Shown here piece by piece: positions 1-20,748 of a stretch of DNA of 23,061 nucleotides. The translations under genes and the position numbers were made by a program. Numbering within the stretch: the first letter of the stretch is position 1; each line of letters begins with the position of its first letter. A model generated the notes under the pieces. That model was not told the DNA's origin and ran no database searches. It was given only the letters and a program-made list of their open reading frames with translations. This stretch comes from Eledone cirrhosa (Eukaryota): assembly GCA_964016885.1 (NCBI GenBank), contig CAXHJY010001000.1, positions 1 through 23,061 of the forward strand, given 5' to 3'.

Positions 1-1416
1 AGGAATCCCTCTTGAGACTATATTCCAAGCCGTCGAATATCTAACGTTATCTAGCTTAAGTTGCCAGAGTACGCCTGATAGTGCCGTTGAAGATTTTTTT
101 GCTTGGATCTGTGAAAGAATTCTTGTGGTTATTATAGCGAAGTTTAAATTCCGTCGATGTGGAACCGACGTAGTTAAAAGAATTAGAGTCAGTATTAACA
201 TTACAATTGTATACTATATTTTTAACTAAGCAGTTGTTATTTAACGGACATTTAGATCTATCTCTACAGTTACATTTGTTAACTTGTATATTATTTATGC
301 TATTATCAGTAGGTTTTAAGTTCCTATTATTTATTCTATTAATATTTTGTGCTAAATTTTTGGTGGATGAGTAGGTTAATTTAATTGTATGCCTATGAAG
401 ATTGAGTGGTACCTATGTGTTCTAGGGAAGCGATTATCAAGAGCTTTGAAAAATATTTAGCGATGTGGGTTTTAATGTTTAGTGAGAAAGGGGGGGCAAA
501 CCAAATTATGTTCCTAGTTCTATTTCTTTTTGTCCTTTGGAATTATTGTAATGCTTTCTATTATAGTTGTTAATGTTGTTGCCGTAATTAAAAAAGTTGT
601 TACTTTGTTTAGTTTGTTTATCATTATCTATGTACACAATCTTATCAGCATACCCTGCCCTAGCTAGTGCATCATTATAGTATTGGGCCTTTTCGTCAAA
701 AATCTTTCTATTCGACGAGATCCTAGAGATACGTTTTTGGACTGAGTTTACTATAGTGTTTTTGACAGATCTGGGGTGGTTAGAGTTAAAGTTGACATAG
801 TTTAAGTTTTCATTCAACTTGTGAAAAGGATAGTGGAGACATGTGTTGAGATTTAATGTTATATCTAGGAAATTGACTATTCTATGTTGTTCTCAATTTC
901 TATTTTAAGGTTAAAGTAATTAAAAAATTTTGTAATTTGTTTACATTTTCTATTAGTTCAGGGTTATTATTATTAATAAGTAAAAGCATGTCATCCCTAT
1001 ATAAACCTCCGGTAGTACCAGGTATTTTCCTATGTAGCGAATTGATTAAAAATAAGCCACAAGGTCAGTTACCTGAGCTGAGTCGGAAGATCCCATAGTT
1101 ATGTCAAAATTGCTATCTCTATCTGCTCTGGTCCATAATTTGTCATCAATTCTATCAAAGTTTTCCTAGCCGATAATATAATATGCATTTCTTTGCTAGT
1201 TAGGTCCGTATGTTTGAATGCGTAATTTAGTGCCTTATTTAGTAGACTAGGGGTAATAGAAGAATAATAGTTAGCTATATCAAGTTGAATAAACCTATTA
1301 TTATTGTCATATTTAATTTGCCTAAACCACTCAACAACCTCTCCAGTTCCCTTCCACAAGCTCAGGTTAGATACACAATCCAAGTTCTTAATTTGCAGTA
1401 TCACCCTGTCAAGAAT
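1..1416 (-). mobile_element. Penelope-like retroelement (RT + C-terminal GIY-YIG endonuclease), 5'-truncated and frameshifted, continuing past window start
   Basis: Manual minus-strand translation across several frameshifts gives PLE motifs in the expected order: LWKGTGEVVEWF...FIQLDIANYYSSI (ORF 1099-1404), FDITMGSSDSAQVTDLV, GGLYRDDMLL (YRDD at 990-1001), IVNFLDITLNL, YVNFNSNHP (ORF 506-817), RNIIWFAPPF, CNCRDRSKCPLNNNCLVKNIVY (CNCR at 263-274), YVGSTSTEFKLRYNNHKNSF (YVGST at 158-172). One frameshift lies in the T7 run at 94-100. Confidence 0.9.
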
Positions 1417-1670
1417 GGATTCACATTGATGTTTGTAGCTGTCACATAGACATATGAATTTTTTAAAAACTAAACATAAGATAATGAATTTTCACGCATT
1501 GTGAATACTTGTTTCATTCAGAATACTGATATTTACAATATAGTGTAAGTTTTATAAATACTAATACATTAAAACATAGGGTTTTCTACGCCTCGAATAT
1601 GTCTGGATATTTTTAAATTTTTTCTCTCTCTATATCTCTCTATATATCTCCCTTACATTAATACTTGAGC

Positions 1671-1694
1671 TAAATAAATAAATAAATAAATAAA
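1671..1694 (+). repeat. (TAAA)6 microsatellite
   Basis: Read directly. Confidence 0.9.
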
Positions 1695-1739
1695 TGCATC
1701 ATTGATACACTTACTCAAAATGACCTCCCACTACCTAAT

Positions 1740-1955
1740 TTTCTATATATATATATGTATCTATCTCTATTTCCTCTCTCTCTCTATATATATATATCTC
1801 TTTCTGTCTCTTTACATGAAGCTCTTCGCTTTATCTATTTTTTCCATCTCTCTATTTTGTCCCATGCATTTCTTCTTTTTCTTCCTTTTCTTCGTTTTGT
1901 CTTTCTTTTTTTCTTATTTCCCTCTTTTCTCTCTTTCTTTCTCTCTGTATTTTCA
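1740..1955. repeat. Pyrimidine-rich low-complexity (CT/TA/T-rich) tract
   Basis: Almost purely C/T with short TA runs; this explains the Phe/Leu/Ser-rich ORFs 1702-1962 and 1755-1967. Confidence 0.8.
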
Positions 1956-2030
1956 CTGCTAGCGTAAACCTCTTCAAATGAAGTTGATGTTTATTACGGT
2001 ATGTCGAATATATTTATCTATAAAACTGTT

Positions 2031-2109
2031 TATATTGTATTTTGTCTGATGAAGGCATAGCATATTGTTAATATGATATCCCCGAAATATATATAATGAA
2101 ATAAATATG
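2031..2109 (+). ncRNA. Minimal type I hammerhead ribozyme motif
   Basis: Core CTGATGA at 2046-2052 and GAAA at 2084-2087. Stem II 2053-2066/2070-2083 includes perfect CATATT/AATATG with 3 mismatches overall. Stem III is the palindrome TATATA, with an AUA cleavage triplet ending at 2095. Stem I is TATTTTGT 2038-2045 / ATGAAATA 2096-2103, extendable by TATATT/AATATG. Confidence 0.75.
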
Positions 2110-2235
2110 GTTTTATAAATATAGTTTTCCATTTATTTAATATTGTAAATATACTCCAAATATTTGTCGAGTGCTTTTATATCAGTTATAAATATTTACT
2201 AGTTGTAACCCAACAATTTTAAATATAACTTTACA

Positions 2236-5489
<3,254 letters not shown>

Positions 5490-5492
<3 letters not shown>

Positions 5493-6573
5493 CTAAGAAC
5501 ATAGATTTTACATGTGGCCGGTGCTCTGGTGCAATAAGTAGCAGCAAGTGCCACAAACTACTAGCTCTTTCAATTGCGCAGAGGGTTCTATAGAAATAGT
5601 GGACAGCTTCCGTTACCTGGGCGATAAAATCAGCAGTGGGGGAGGGTGCTCTGAAAGTACTGTAGCTAGAGTCAGAACTGGGTGGAAAAAGTTCAGAGAG
5701 CTTATACACTATTAGCTGCTAAAGGGTTCTCACTAAAAATGAAAGGCAGGTTGTACGATGCCTGCATACGAACAGCAATGCTGCATGGCAGTGAGACCTG
5801 GGCATTGTGTGCAGAGGATATACGCAGACTAGAGAGGAACGAAGCTTGCATGCTCCGCTGGATGCGTAACAGTAATATACGTGAACGGCAAAGCATAAAC
5901 GAACTAAGGAAAAAATTAGAGATAAGAGGGATCAGATGTTGTTTACTCGAGAGAAGGCTACGTTGGTATGGACACGTGATGCGCATGAAAGTCGATAGCT
6001 GTATAACAAAGTGCAGGGCAATAAAGATAGACGGTAGTCACGGAATAGGCAGACCTAGAAAAACCTGGGACGAGCTGATAAACTCCGACATCACACACTT
6101 ACACCTCTCCAAGACAATGTCACTGGACCGAGACCTTTGGCGGTACTCAGTAACAGAGAAGACCCGCCTTACCTAAATATATAGTAAAACCTACTCCAGC
6201 CAGTAGGCATCTCTAACAAAATACACCCCGTCCCACCACCACCACCCCCACCCGATCCACACCACCCGGTCTATGTAAAGTTATGTTGGTGCCGCGCCAT
6301 CGAGGCCGAAACAAATGAGATCGTGTAGGTGTCACGACAAAAAAACACACAGTCCACGCTGTAATGTGGCCGTGTAGGCAACACGGTAAAAACCTCCCAG
6401 ACCCACACTGTAAATGTGGTTGGTGTTAGGAAGGGCATCCAACTGTAGAAAACCTGCCAGACAGTCCTATGCGAGCAAGACAATCACTCTTGCCTCAAGT
6501 GGGACTACCCCGTCCAAACCCATGCAAGCATGGAACACGGACGTTAAACGTTGATGATGATGATGATGATGAT
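5490..6573 (+). mobile_element. RTE-clade LINE, 5'-truncated copy A (3' 1.08 kb)
   Basis: Nearly identical to 18896-19980. Encodes DSFRYLG...RRLRWYGHVMRM...GRPRKTW with a stop at 6174-6176, then the 3' UTR and a (GAT)7 tail at 6553-6573. Has two single-C deletions in the coding part relative to copy C. Confidence 0.95.
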
Positions 6574-9306
<2,733 letters not shown>

Positions 9307-11463
9307 CATCATCATCATCATCATCATCACCGTTTTACGTCCGTTCTTCCACGCTAGCATGGGTTAGACGGGTTGTCCTGTTGTGGGCAGTGTCTGGTCG
9401 GCTGACCATGCCTTGCTCATACAGGAACTGATCTGGCTTGATTTCTACAGCTGGATGCCCTTCCTAACACCAACCTCATTTACAGTGAGTGCTGGGTGCT
9501 TTTTCGTGGCGCCTACACGTCCACTTTACAGTGTGGGCTGGGTGCTTTTTTGCCGTGCACCTCCACGACCACCTTGCGGTGGGGGGGGGGGGGGGCATAT
9601 TGTTTATATGCTTCAGCATGTACCCATGGGAGGTCGGTACCCTGTATTACTGCGTGACGCCAGAAGTCACGGTCGTGTGTCATTGACTTTGAGAGGTGTA
9701 GTTGGGTAAGGTCGGCTTTTATCACCTCATCCCAAGTCATCTTGGGTCTCCCCACTCCGCGGTTTCCATCAACTTCTAGTGCTCTGCACCTTTTTATGCA
9801 GCTGTCATCCTTCATACGCATCACATGTCCATACCAGCGTAACCGCCTCTCCTGCACGCAGCATTTGATTCCTCTTATGCTCAGTCTCTCTCTCAATTCA
9901 TTTATGCTTTGTCGTTCACGTATATTACTGTTACACATCCATCGGAGCATGCAGGCTTCGTTTCTCTCTAATCTACGTAAGTCTTCCACCTTCAGCGCCC
10001 AGGTCTCACTACCATGCAACATCGCTGTTCGGATACACGCATCATACAGTCTGCCTTTCATTCTGAGGAGAAGCCTTTTGCAGCTAGCAGTGGTAGTAGT
10101 TCCCTAAACTTCTTCATCCCGTTCTTACCCTAGTTATTGTACTTTCTGAGCACCCACCTCCGTTGCTAATTCGGTCACCTAGGTAGCAGAAGCTGTCTAC
10201 TGTTTCTACAGGGCCCTCCCAGAGATTGGTGGTACTTGTTTCCTGTGGCTGTTTGCTTGCTGTTTCAGCACAGCTGCTGCATGTGAATCCTACATTCTTA
10301 ATTAAGCTTCCTGAGATCCCGCTACATCTCTTGTGTACCCATTGTTTGCATTTGGGGCAAAGAATGGAGTTCCTACCTACACCTTTCCTACATACTGAGC
10401 AAGGCCATTTCCCTGAGGGGATCTGGGTTCTGTTTTCTCGTCTACTTATAAGGACCTTAGTCTTTGTCATGTTGACTTGAGGCCCTTTCTCTCTAGTCCC
10501 TGCTTCCAGGTTTGGAATTTATTCTCTAGTTCTACCATAGATTCAGCTATGAGTGCGAGGTCATCAGCATACAGGAGTTCCCATGGGCATCCGGTCTTAA
10601 ACTCCTCCGTTATTGCCTGCAGGACTATGATGAACAGGAGAGGGCTAGAACAGAGCCCTGGTGGGACCCCAACCTGTACGCTAAATTCCTCGCTATACTC
10701 ATTGCCAATCCTAACTTTGCTGACTGCTCCCCTATACATGGCTTGTACCGCTTTCACAAGCCATTCATCTACTCCTAGTTTTCTAAGAGCCCACCAGATT
10801 ACTGCACGTGGAACTCTGTCAAAGGCTTTCTCAAGGTCGACAAATGCCAAGTAGAGTGGCTTACTTTTAGCTAGGTACTTTTCCTGTAATTGCCTCACAA
10901 GGAAGAGCGCATCAGTGGTGCCTTTCCCTGGTACAAACCCAAATTGCATCTCGTCTATATTCACCCGGTCCCTAATCAGCTGTGCTATAACTCTTTCTGT
11001 TACTTTCATGACCTGGTCCATCAACTTTTATACCTCTATAGTTTCCTCTATCTAGTGCATCGCCTTTACCTTTGTAGCAGTTGACAATGATGCTACTGCA
11101 CCAATCTTTTGGTATGGCCCCCTCTAGTATTACCTGGTTAACGATACGTGTGGTTATAGTGTGACCTACAGACCCAGATGCCTTCAGCATCTCGGCAGCT
11201 ATACCCGATGGACCGGTTGCCTTCCCTATCTTCATATCTCTGATTGCCTTACTTACTACGCTGCCGCTGACTTGTACTGCTGGTCCCTCTATAGGGTCTA
11301 CGTGGGGTAGGGTCTCTTCTTCCCATGCATTCTCCTCATTTAGTAATCTATCATAATGACTCTTCCATGCATCTTTCTTCTCAGCACTTGTGAGGGCAAG
11401 CTCACCTTTATCATTCCGGATACACTTCTCTCCAATGACATCACAACTATCTCTGACACACTG
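9307..11463 (-). mobile_element. RTE-clade LINE, diverged subfamily, 5'-truncated copy B (RT + C-terminus + 3' UTR), frameshifted
   Basis: Collinear minus-strand ORF fragments: 10972-11235 (GKATGPSGI...NYRGIK), 10467-11024 (QFGF, DLEKAFDRV, LLYADDL), 10114-10470 (PHD, DSFCYLG), 9513-10061 (RRLRWYGHVMRM, GRPKMTW). Homology begins at QCVRDSCDVIGEKC near 11463. The tail reads (CAT)7 on + at 9307-9327. Confidence 0.95.
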
Positions 11464-11550
11464 TATATTTATATATATATATACATTATATATATATATA
11501 CATTATATACACACATTATATATATATATACATTATATATATATATATAT
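11464..11550. repeat. Short (TA)n-CAT microsatellite
   Basis: TACATTA-interrupted TA repeats between LINE copy B and the satellite. Confidence 0.9.
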
Positions 11551-16186
<4,636 letters not shown>

Positions 16187-16210
16187 GCTACCCAACACCC
16201 CTCCCTCCCA

Positions 16211-16306
16211 CCCCCACGCACCACCATTGCTATTACGTGGACCAATCATAAAACAGAGCCCCCACGCATCACCAGTATTATTACGCGGACCAATCAGAAA
16301 CCAGAG
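16211..16306 (+). promoter_or_regulatory. Tandem 48-bp duplication, each copy with a CCAAT box (GGACCAATCA); candidate internal Pol II promoter
   Basis: Units at 16211-16258 and 16259-16306, with CCAAT at 16242-16246 and 16290-16294 in a context matching the NF-Y consensus RRCCAATCA. Function is inferred. Confidence 0.5.
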
Positions 16307-16548
16307 GCCTATACTATCGCTTGCCTGGTTGCCTTTCGATATATGATGGATGGATGGACTGCGGAATCCTGGAGAGTGGAGGTGAGAGAGAGAAAAATCT
16401 GGACGCTCAGCGACAATGCCAAAGATAAAGACAAATTCACCTCTTGGACGAGAATGCGAGCACTCCTCATTGTTTCGACCGCGGACGGCTAACATAACCC
16501 CATCGCCCCCCGCCCCCCCCCCCCCAACCCCCAAACGCAATCCAAAAC

Positions 16549-19500
16549 TTCAGAGTTGGTACCATAAATGTAGGCACCCTAAAGGGTCGCGCTAACGAGG
16601 TTGTAGAAATGCTTGAACGTAAGGAGGTCGATGTTTGTTGTATTCAAGAGACCAGGTGGAGGGGTGGGTCTGCTAGGTTCATTGAGGGTAAAAAACGATG
16701 TTATAAGCTTTTCTGGGTGGGAAACGACGATGGGCTGGGTGGAGTAGGAATCATGGTAGCAGAAAAGTGGGCAGATAAGATAATAGACGTAAATAGAGTG
16801 AACGACAGAATAATTAAAATACGACTTGTCCTCAATAGAACTACGGTGACAGTAATATCTGCGTACGCACCCCAATCCGGACTGCCCGGCACTATAAAAG
16901 ACAGATTCTATGAGACACTGATGCTAACTACCTCCCAAATATCCGACAGTGACTATATAATTATCGCAGGCGACCTAAATGGTCACGTTGGACAACATTG
17001 TGACGGCTACGACGAAATCCATGGAGGCTATGGGTTTGGTACTAGAAATGAGGAAGGCTCCAGAATCCTGGAATTCTGTGATGCAAATAACCTAACTATC
17101 TGTAACACTAACTTCAAAAAACGTGACAATCACCTGATCACCTATAGATCCGGGGAACACACAAGCCAGGTAGATTATATCCTTACCAGAAGACGTGACA
17201 GAGTGTCTGTTGTAAACACTAAATCCCTCCCCCATGAAGAATGCACCTCCCAACATAGACTGATAATTAGCGACCTCATAGTCAGGACGAGACGTACTCG
17301 ACAACAGAAGAGGACTATCCTCAGGAGGAAAATATGGAAGCTAAAGGACCCCACAGCCAGGAATAAATTTCAAAGCATATTACTTGATGCTTTTGACAGT
17401 AAGGAAGAACATTTAGAGTCGGACAATATAGAGGGAGAGTGGGAATTTCTGAAAGCAAACCTGCTGTTGGCGACAGACGAAGTCTGTGGCTGGAGCAGGC
17501 CTGTAGGCAGGAGGAGAGTAACATGGTGGTGGAACAGTAAGGTGGAGGGGTCAATTAAGGCCAAAAAGCAGGCTTGGAAAGTATGGCGGGATGGGGGAAG
17601 TAGAGAGGACTATCAAGTGGCCAGGAGGGAAGCTAGGAGACAAGTGTACTTAGCAAGAAGGGAAGCTGAGGAAAGAAAGTTCAAGCATGTTCTACAATGC
17701 GATGACCAAAAACGTGAGGTGTTCAGGATTGCTAGGCAATGCGTCAAGGAAAACCGTGATATTGTCGGGGAGAAGTGTGTACTAAACGACGATGGCACAC
17801 TTGCCATCACCGACGCTGATAAGAAGGTAGCTTGGAAGTGTCACTATGAAAGGCTACTAAATGAGGAGAATAATTGGGAGAAAGGCAGTCTCCCCCATAT
17901 CGACCCAATAGAGGGACCAGCAGTGTTAGTCGAGGGGAGTATAATAAGTAAGGCAATCAAGGATATGAAGACGGGTAAGGCGGCTGGGCCTTCGGAAATA
18001 GTTGCTGAGATGCTGAAGGCATCTGGCACGGTGGGACACACCATGGTCACCCGCATAGTTAACCAAGTCGTACAGAATGGGGTTGTTCCGAAGGACTGGC
18101 ATAGCAGCATCATCGTTAACTGTTATAAGGGTAAAGGAGACGCCCTAGATAGGAGTAACTATAGAGGCATTAAATTGATCGACCAGGTCATGAAGGTCAC
18201 GGAAAAAGTAATAGCGCAACTAATCAGAGAGAGAATTGACCTAGATGAAATGCAGTTCGGGTTTGTGTCAGGCAAAAGTACCACAGACGCTCTTTTCATT
18301 GTACGACAACTACAGGAGAAGTACCTAGCTAAAGGTAAACCCCTCTACTTAGCTTTTGTCGACTTGGAGAAAGCCTTCGACAGAGTCCCCCGCTCCATTA
18401 TCTGGTGGGCTCTTAGAAAACTAGGCGTTGACGAATGGCTTGTGAGGGCTATACAAGCCATGTATAAAGAAACAGTCAGCAAGGTTAGAATTAACAACGA
18501 ATATAGTGAAGAGTTTAGCGTAAAAGTTGGCGTCCATCAGGGCTCTGTTCTCAGCCCACTACTATTTATTATTGCCCTTCAGGCTATAACAGAGGAGTTC
18601 AAGACAGGCTGCCCATGGGAACTCCTATACGCAGACGACCTGACACTCATAGCGGAATCAATGGCCGAGCTAGAGAAGAAATTCCAAACATGGAAGCACG
18701 GCCTAGAGTCAAAAGGACTTAAAATTAACCTGGCTAAGACCAAAGTACTAGTTTGTAGGAAAGAAAACAAGGCGGCGGTCCCTTCTGGGAAATGGTCGTG
18801 CTCGGTGTGTAGGAAAGGCGTAGGTAGAAACTCCATTTTATGTCCTAAATGCAAAGTATGGGTGCATAAAAGATGTAGTGGGATCACAGGTAAGCTAACT
18901 TAGAACATAGATTTTACATGTGGCCGGTGCTCTGGTGCAATAAGTAGCAGCAAGTGCCCACAAACTACTAGCTCTTTCAATTGCGCAGAGGGTTCTATAG
19001 AAATAGTGGACAGCTTCCGTTACCTGGGCGATAAAATCAGCAGTGGGGGAGGGTGCTCTGAAAGTACTGTAGCTAGAGTCAGAACTGGGTGGAAAAAGTT
19101 CAGAGAGCTTATACCACTATTAGCTGCTAAAGGGTTCTCACTAAAAATGAAAGGCAGGTTGTACGATGCCTGCATACGAACAGCAATGCTGCATGGCAGT
19201 GAGACCTGGGCATTGTGTGCAGAGGATATACGCAGACTAGAGAGGAACGAAGCTTGCATGCTCCGCTGGATGTGTAACAGTAATATACGTGAACGGCAAA
19301 GCATAAACGAACTAAGGAAAAAATTAGAGATAAGAGGGATCAGATGTTGTTTACTCGAGAGAAGGCTACGTTGGTATGGACACGTGATGCGCATGAAAGT
19401 CGATAGCTGTATAACAAAGTGCAGGGCAATAAAGATAGACGGTAGTCACGGAATAGGCAGACCTAGAAAAACCTGGGACGAGCTGATAAACTCCGACATC

Positions 19501-19584
19501 ACACACTTACACCTCTCCAAGACAATGTCACTGGACCGAGACCTTTGGCGGTACTCAGTAACAGAGAAGACCCGCCTTACCTAA
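16549..19584 (+). pseudogene. APE endonuclease / reverse transcriptase polyprotein (~1000 aa) with one in-frame TAG at 18901-18903
   Basis: One frame from FRVGTINVGTL (16549) through CCIQETRW, SAYAPQ, GDLNGHVG, QVDYIL, SQHRL (APE), then NYRGIKL, QFGF, DLEKAFDRV, GVHQGSVLSPLLF, YADD (18628-18639), DSFRYLG, RRLRWYGHVMRM and GRPRKTW to TAA at 19582-19584. Track ORFs 16609-18903 and 19006-19584 are in the same frame. Confidence 0.93.
18799..18930 (+). other. PHD-type (C4HC3) zinc finger within the RT domain
   Basis: CSVC-RKGVGRNSIL-CPKC-KVWV-H-KR-C-SGITGKLT*NIDFT-CGRC, i.e. C-x2-C-x10-C-x2-C-x4-H-x2-C-x14-C-x2-C with an aromatic residue two positions before the 7th ligand. Confidence 0.85.
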
Positions 19585-19980
19585 ATATATAGTAAAACCT
19601 ACTCCAGCCAGTAGGCATCTCTAACAAAATACACCCCGTCCCACCACCCCCACCCCATCCACACCACCCCGTTCTATGTAAAGTTATGTTGGTGCCGCGC
19701 CATCGAGGCCGAAACAAATGAGATCGTGTAGGTGTCACGACAAAAAAACACACAGTCCACGCTGTAATGTGGCCGTGTAGGCAACACGGTAAAAACCTCC
19801 CAGACCCACACTGTAAATGTGGTTGGTGTTAGGAAGGGCATCCAACTGTAGAAAACCTGCCAGACAGTCCTATGCGAGCAAGACAATCACTCTTGCCTCA
19901 AGTGGGACTACCCCCGTCCAAACCCATGCAAGCGTGGAACACGGACGTTAAACGTTGATGATGATGATGATGATGATGAT

Positions 19981-20074
19981 ATACATTATATATATATATA
20001 TATACATTATATATATATATACATTATATATATATATATATATATATACATTATATATATATATATATATATAC

Positions 20075-20109
<35 letters not shown>

Positions 20110-20716
20110 TATATATATACATACATTATATATATATATATATATACATTATATATATATATATATATACATTATATATATATATATATATACATTATAT
20201 ATATATATATATATACATTATATATATATATATACATTACATATATATATATATATATATACATTATATATATATATATATACATTATATATATATATAT
20301 ATATACATTATATATATATATATATACATTATATATATATATATATACATTATATATATATATACATTATATATATATATACACATTATAAATATATATA
20401 TACACATTATAAATATATATATATATACATTATATATATATATATATACACATTATAAATATATATATATATAAACATTATAAATATATATATATATAAA
20501 CATTATAAATATATATATAAACATTATAAATATATATATATATACATTATAAATATATATATATATACATTATAAATATATATATATATATACATTATAA
20601 ATATATATATATATATACATTATAAATATATATATATATATACATTATAAATATATATATATATATACATTATAAATATATATATATATAGATTATAAAT
20701 ATATATATATACACAT

Positions 20717-20748
<32 letters not shown>

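Larger units (their letters stand above)
1417..2235 (+). mobile_element. Possible inverted pseudo-LTR / 3' segment of the adjacent PLE
   Basis: Starts where the minus-strand PLE homology stops, carries a PLE-type hammerhead motif in the opposite orientation, and ends at the (TA)n tract. Identity to the PLE 3' end cannot be checked inside this window. Confidence 0.4.
16187..19980 (+). mobile_element. RTE-clade LINE, near full-length copy C (5' UTR, APE endonuclease-RT ORF, 3' UTR, (GAT)8 tail)
   Basis: Single-ORF architecture with APE and RT motifs, 3' UTR at 19585-19956 and (GAT)8 at 19957-19980. The 5' boundary is taken at the end of satellite homology and is uncertain. Confidence 0.93.

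Noticed and set aside
16400-16500. HDV-like ribozyme at the RTE 5' end (TCCTC and GGCTAA motifs)
   Set aside because: I could not build convincing P1, P2 and P3 pairings by eye; a descriptor search would be needed.
16609-17300. Host gene call such as 'craniofacial development protein 2-like'
   Set aside because: That label is commonly given to RTE-derived APE domains; here the domain is contiguous with RT, a 3' UTR and a (GAT)n tail.
18901-18903. Programmed readthrough or recoding of the in-frame TAG
   Set aside because: Copy A has AAG at this codon and copy B has Lys, so a single substitution or sequencing error is simpler.
16579-19394. Antisense ORFs over the LINEs (e.g. 18579-18887, 19020-19394, 9742-10107, 10477-10854)
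   Set aside because: They are shadow frames of the RT coding strand; their similarity between copies just reflects the sense-strand homology.
19705-19716. GAGGCCGAAAC in the LINE 3' UTR resembling half of a hammerhead (also ~6302-6312)
   Set aside because: There is no upstream CUGANGA core.
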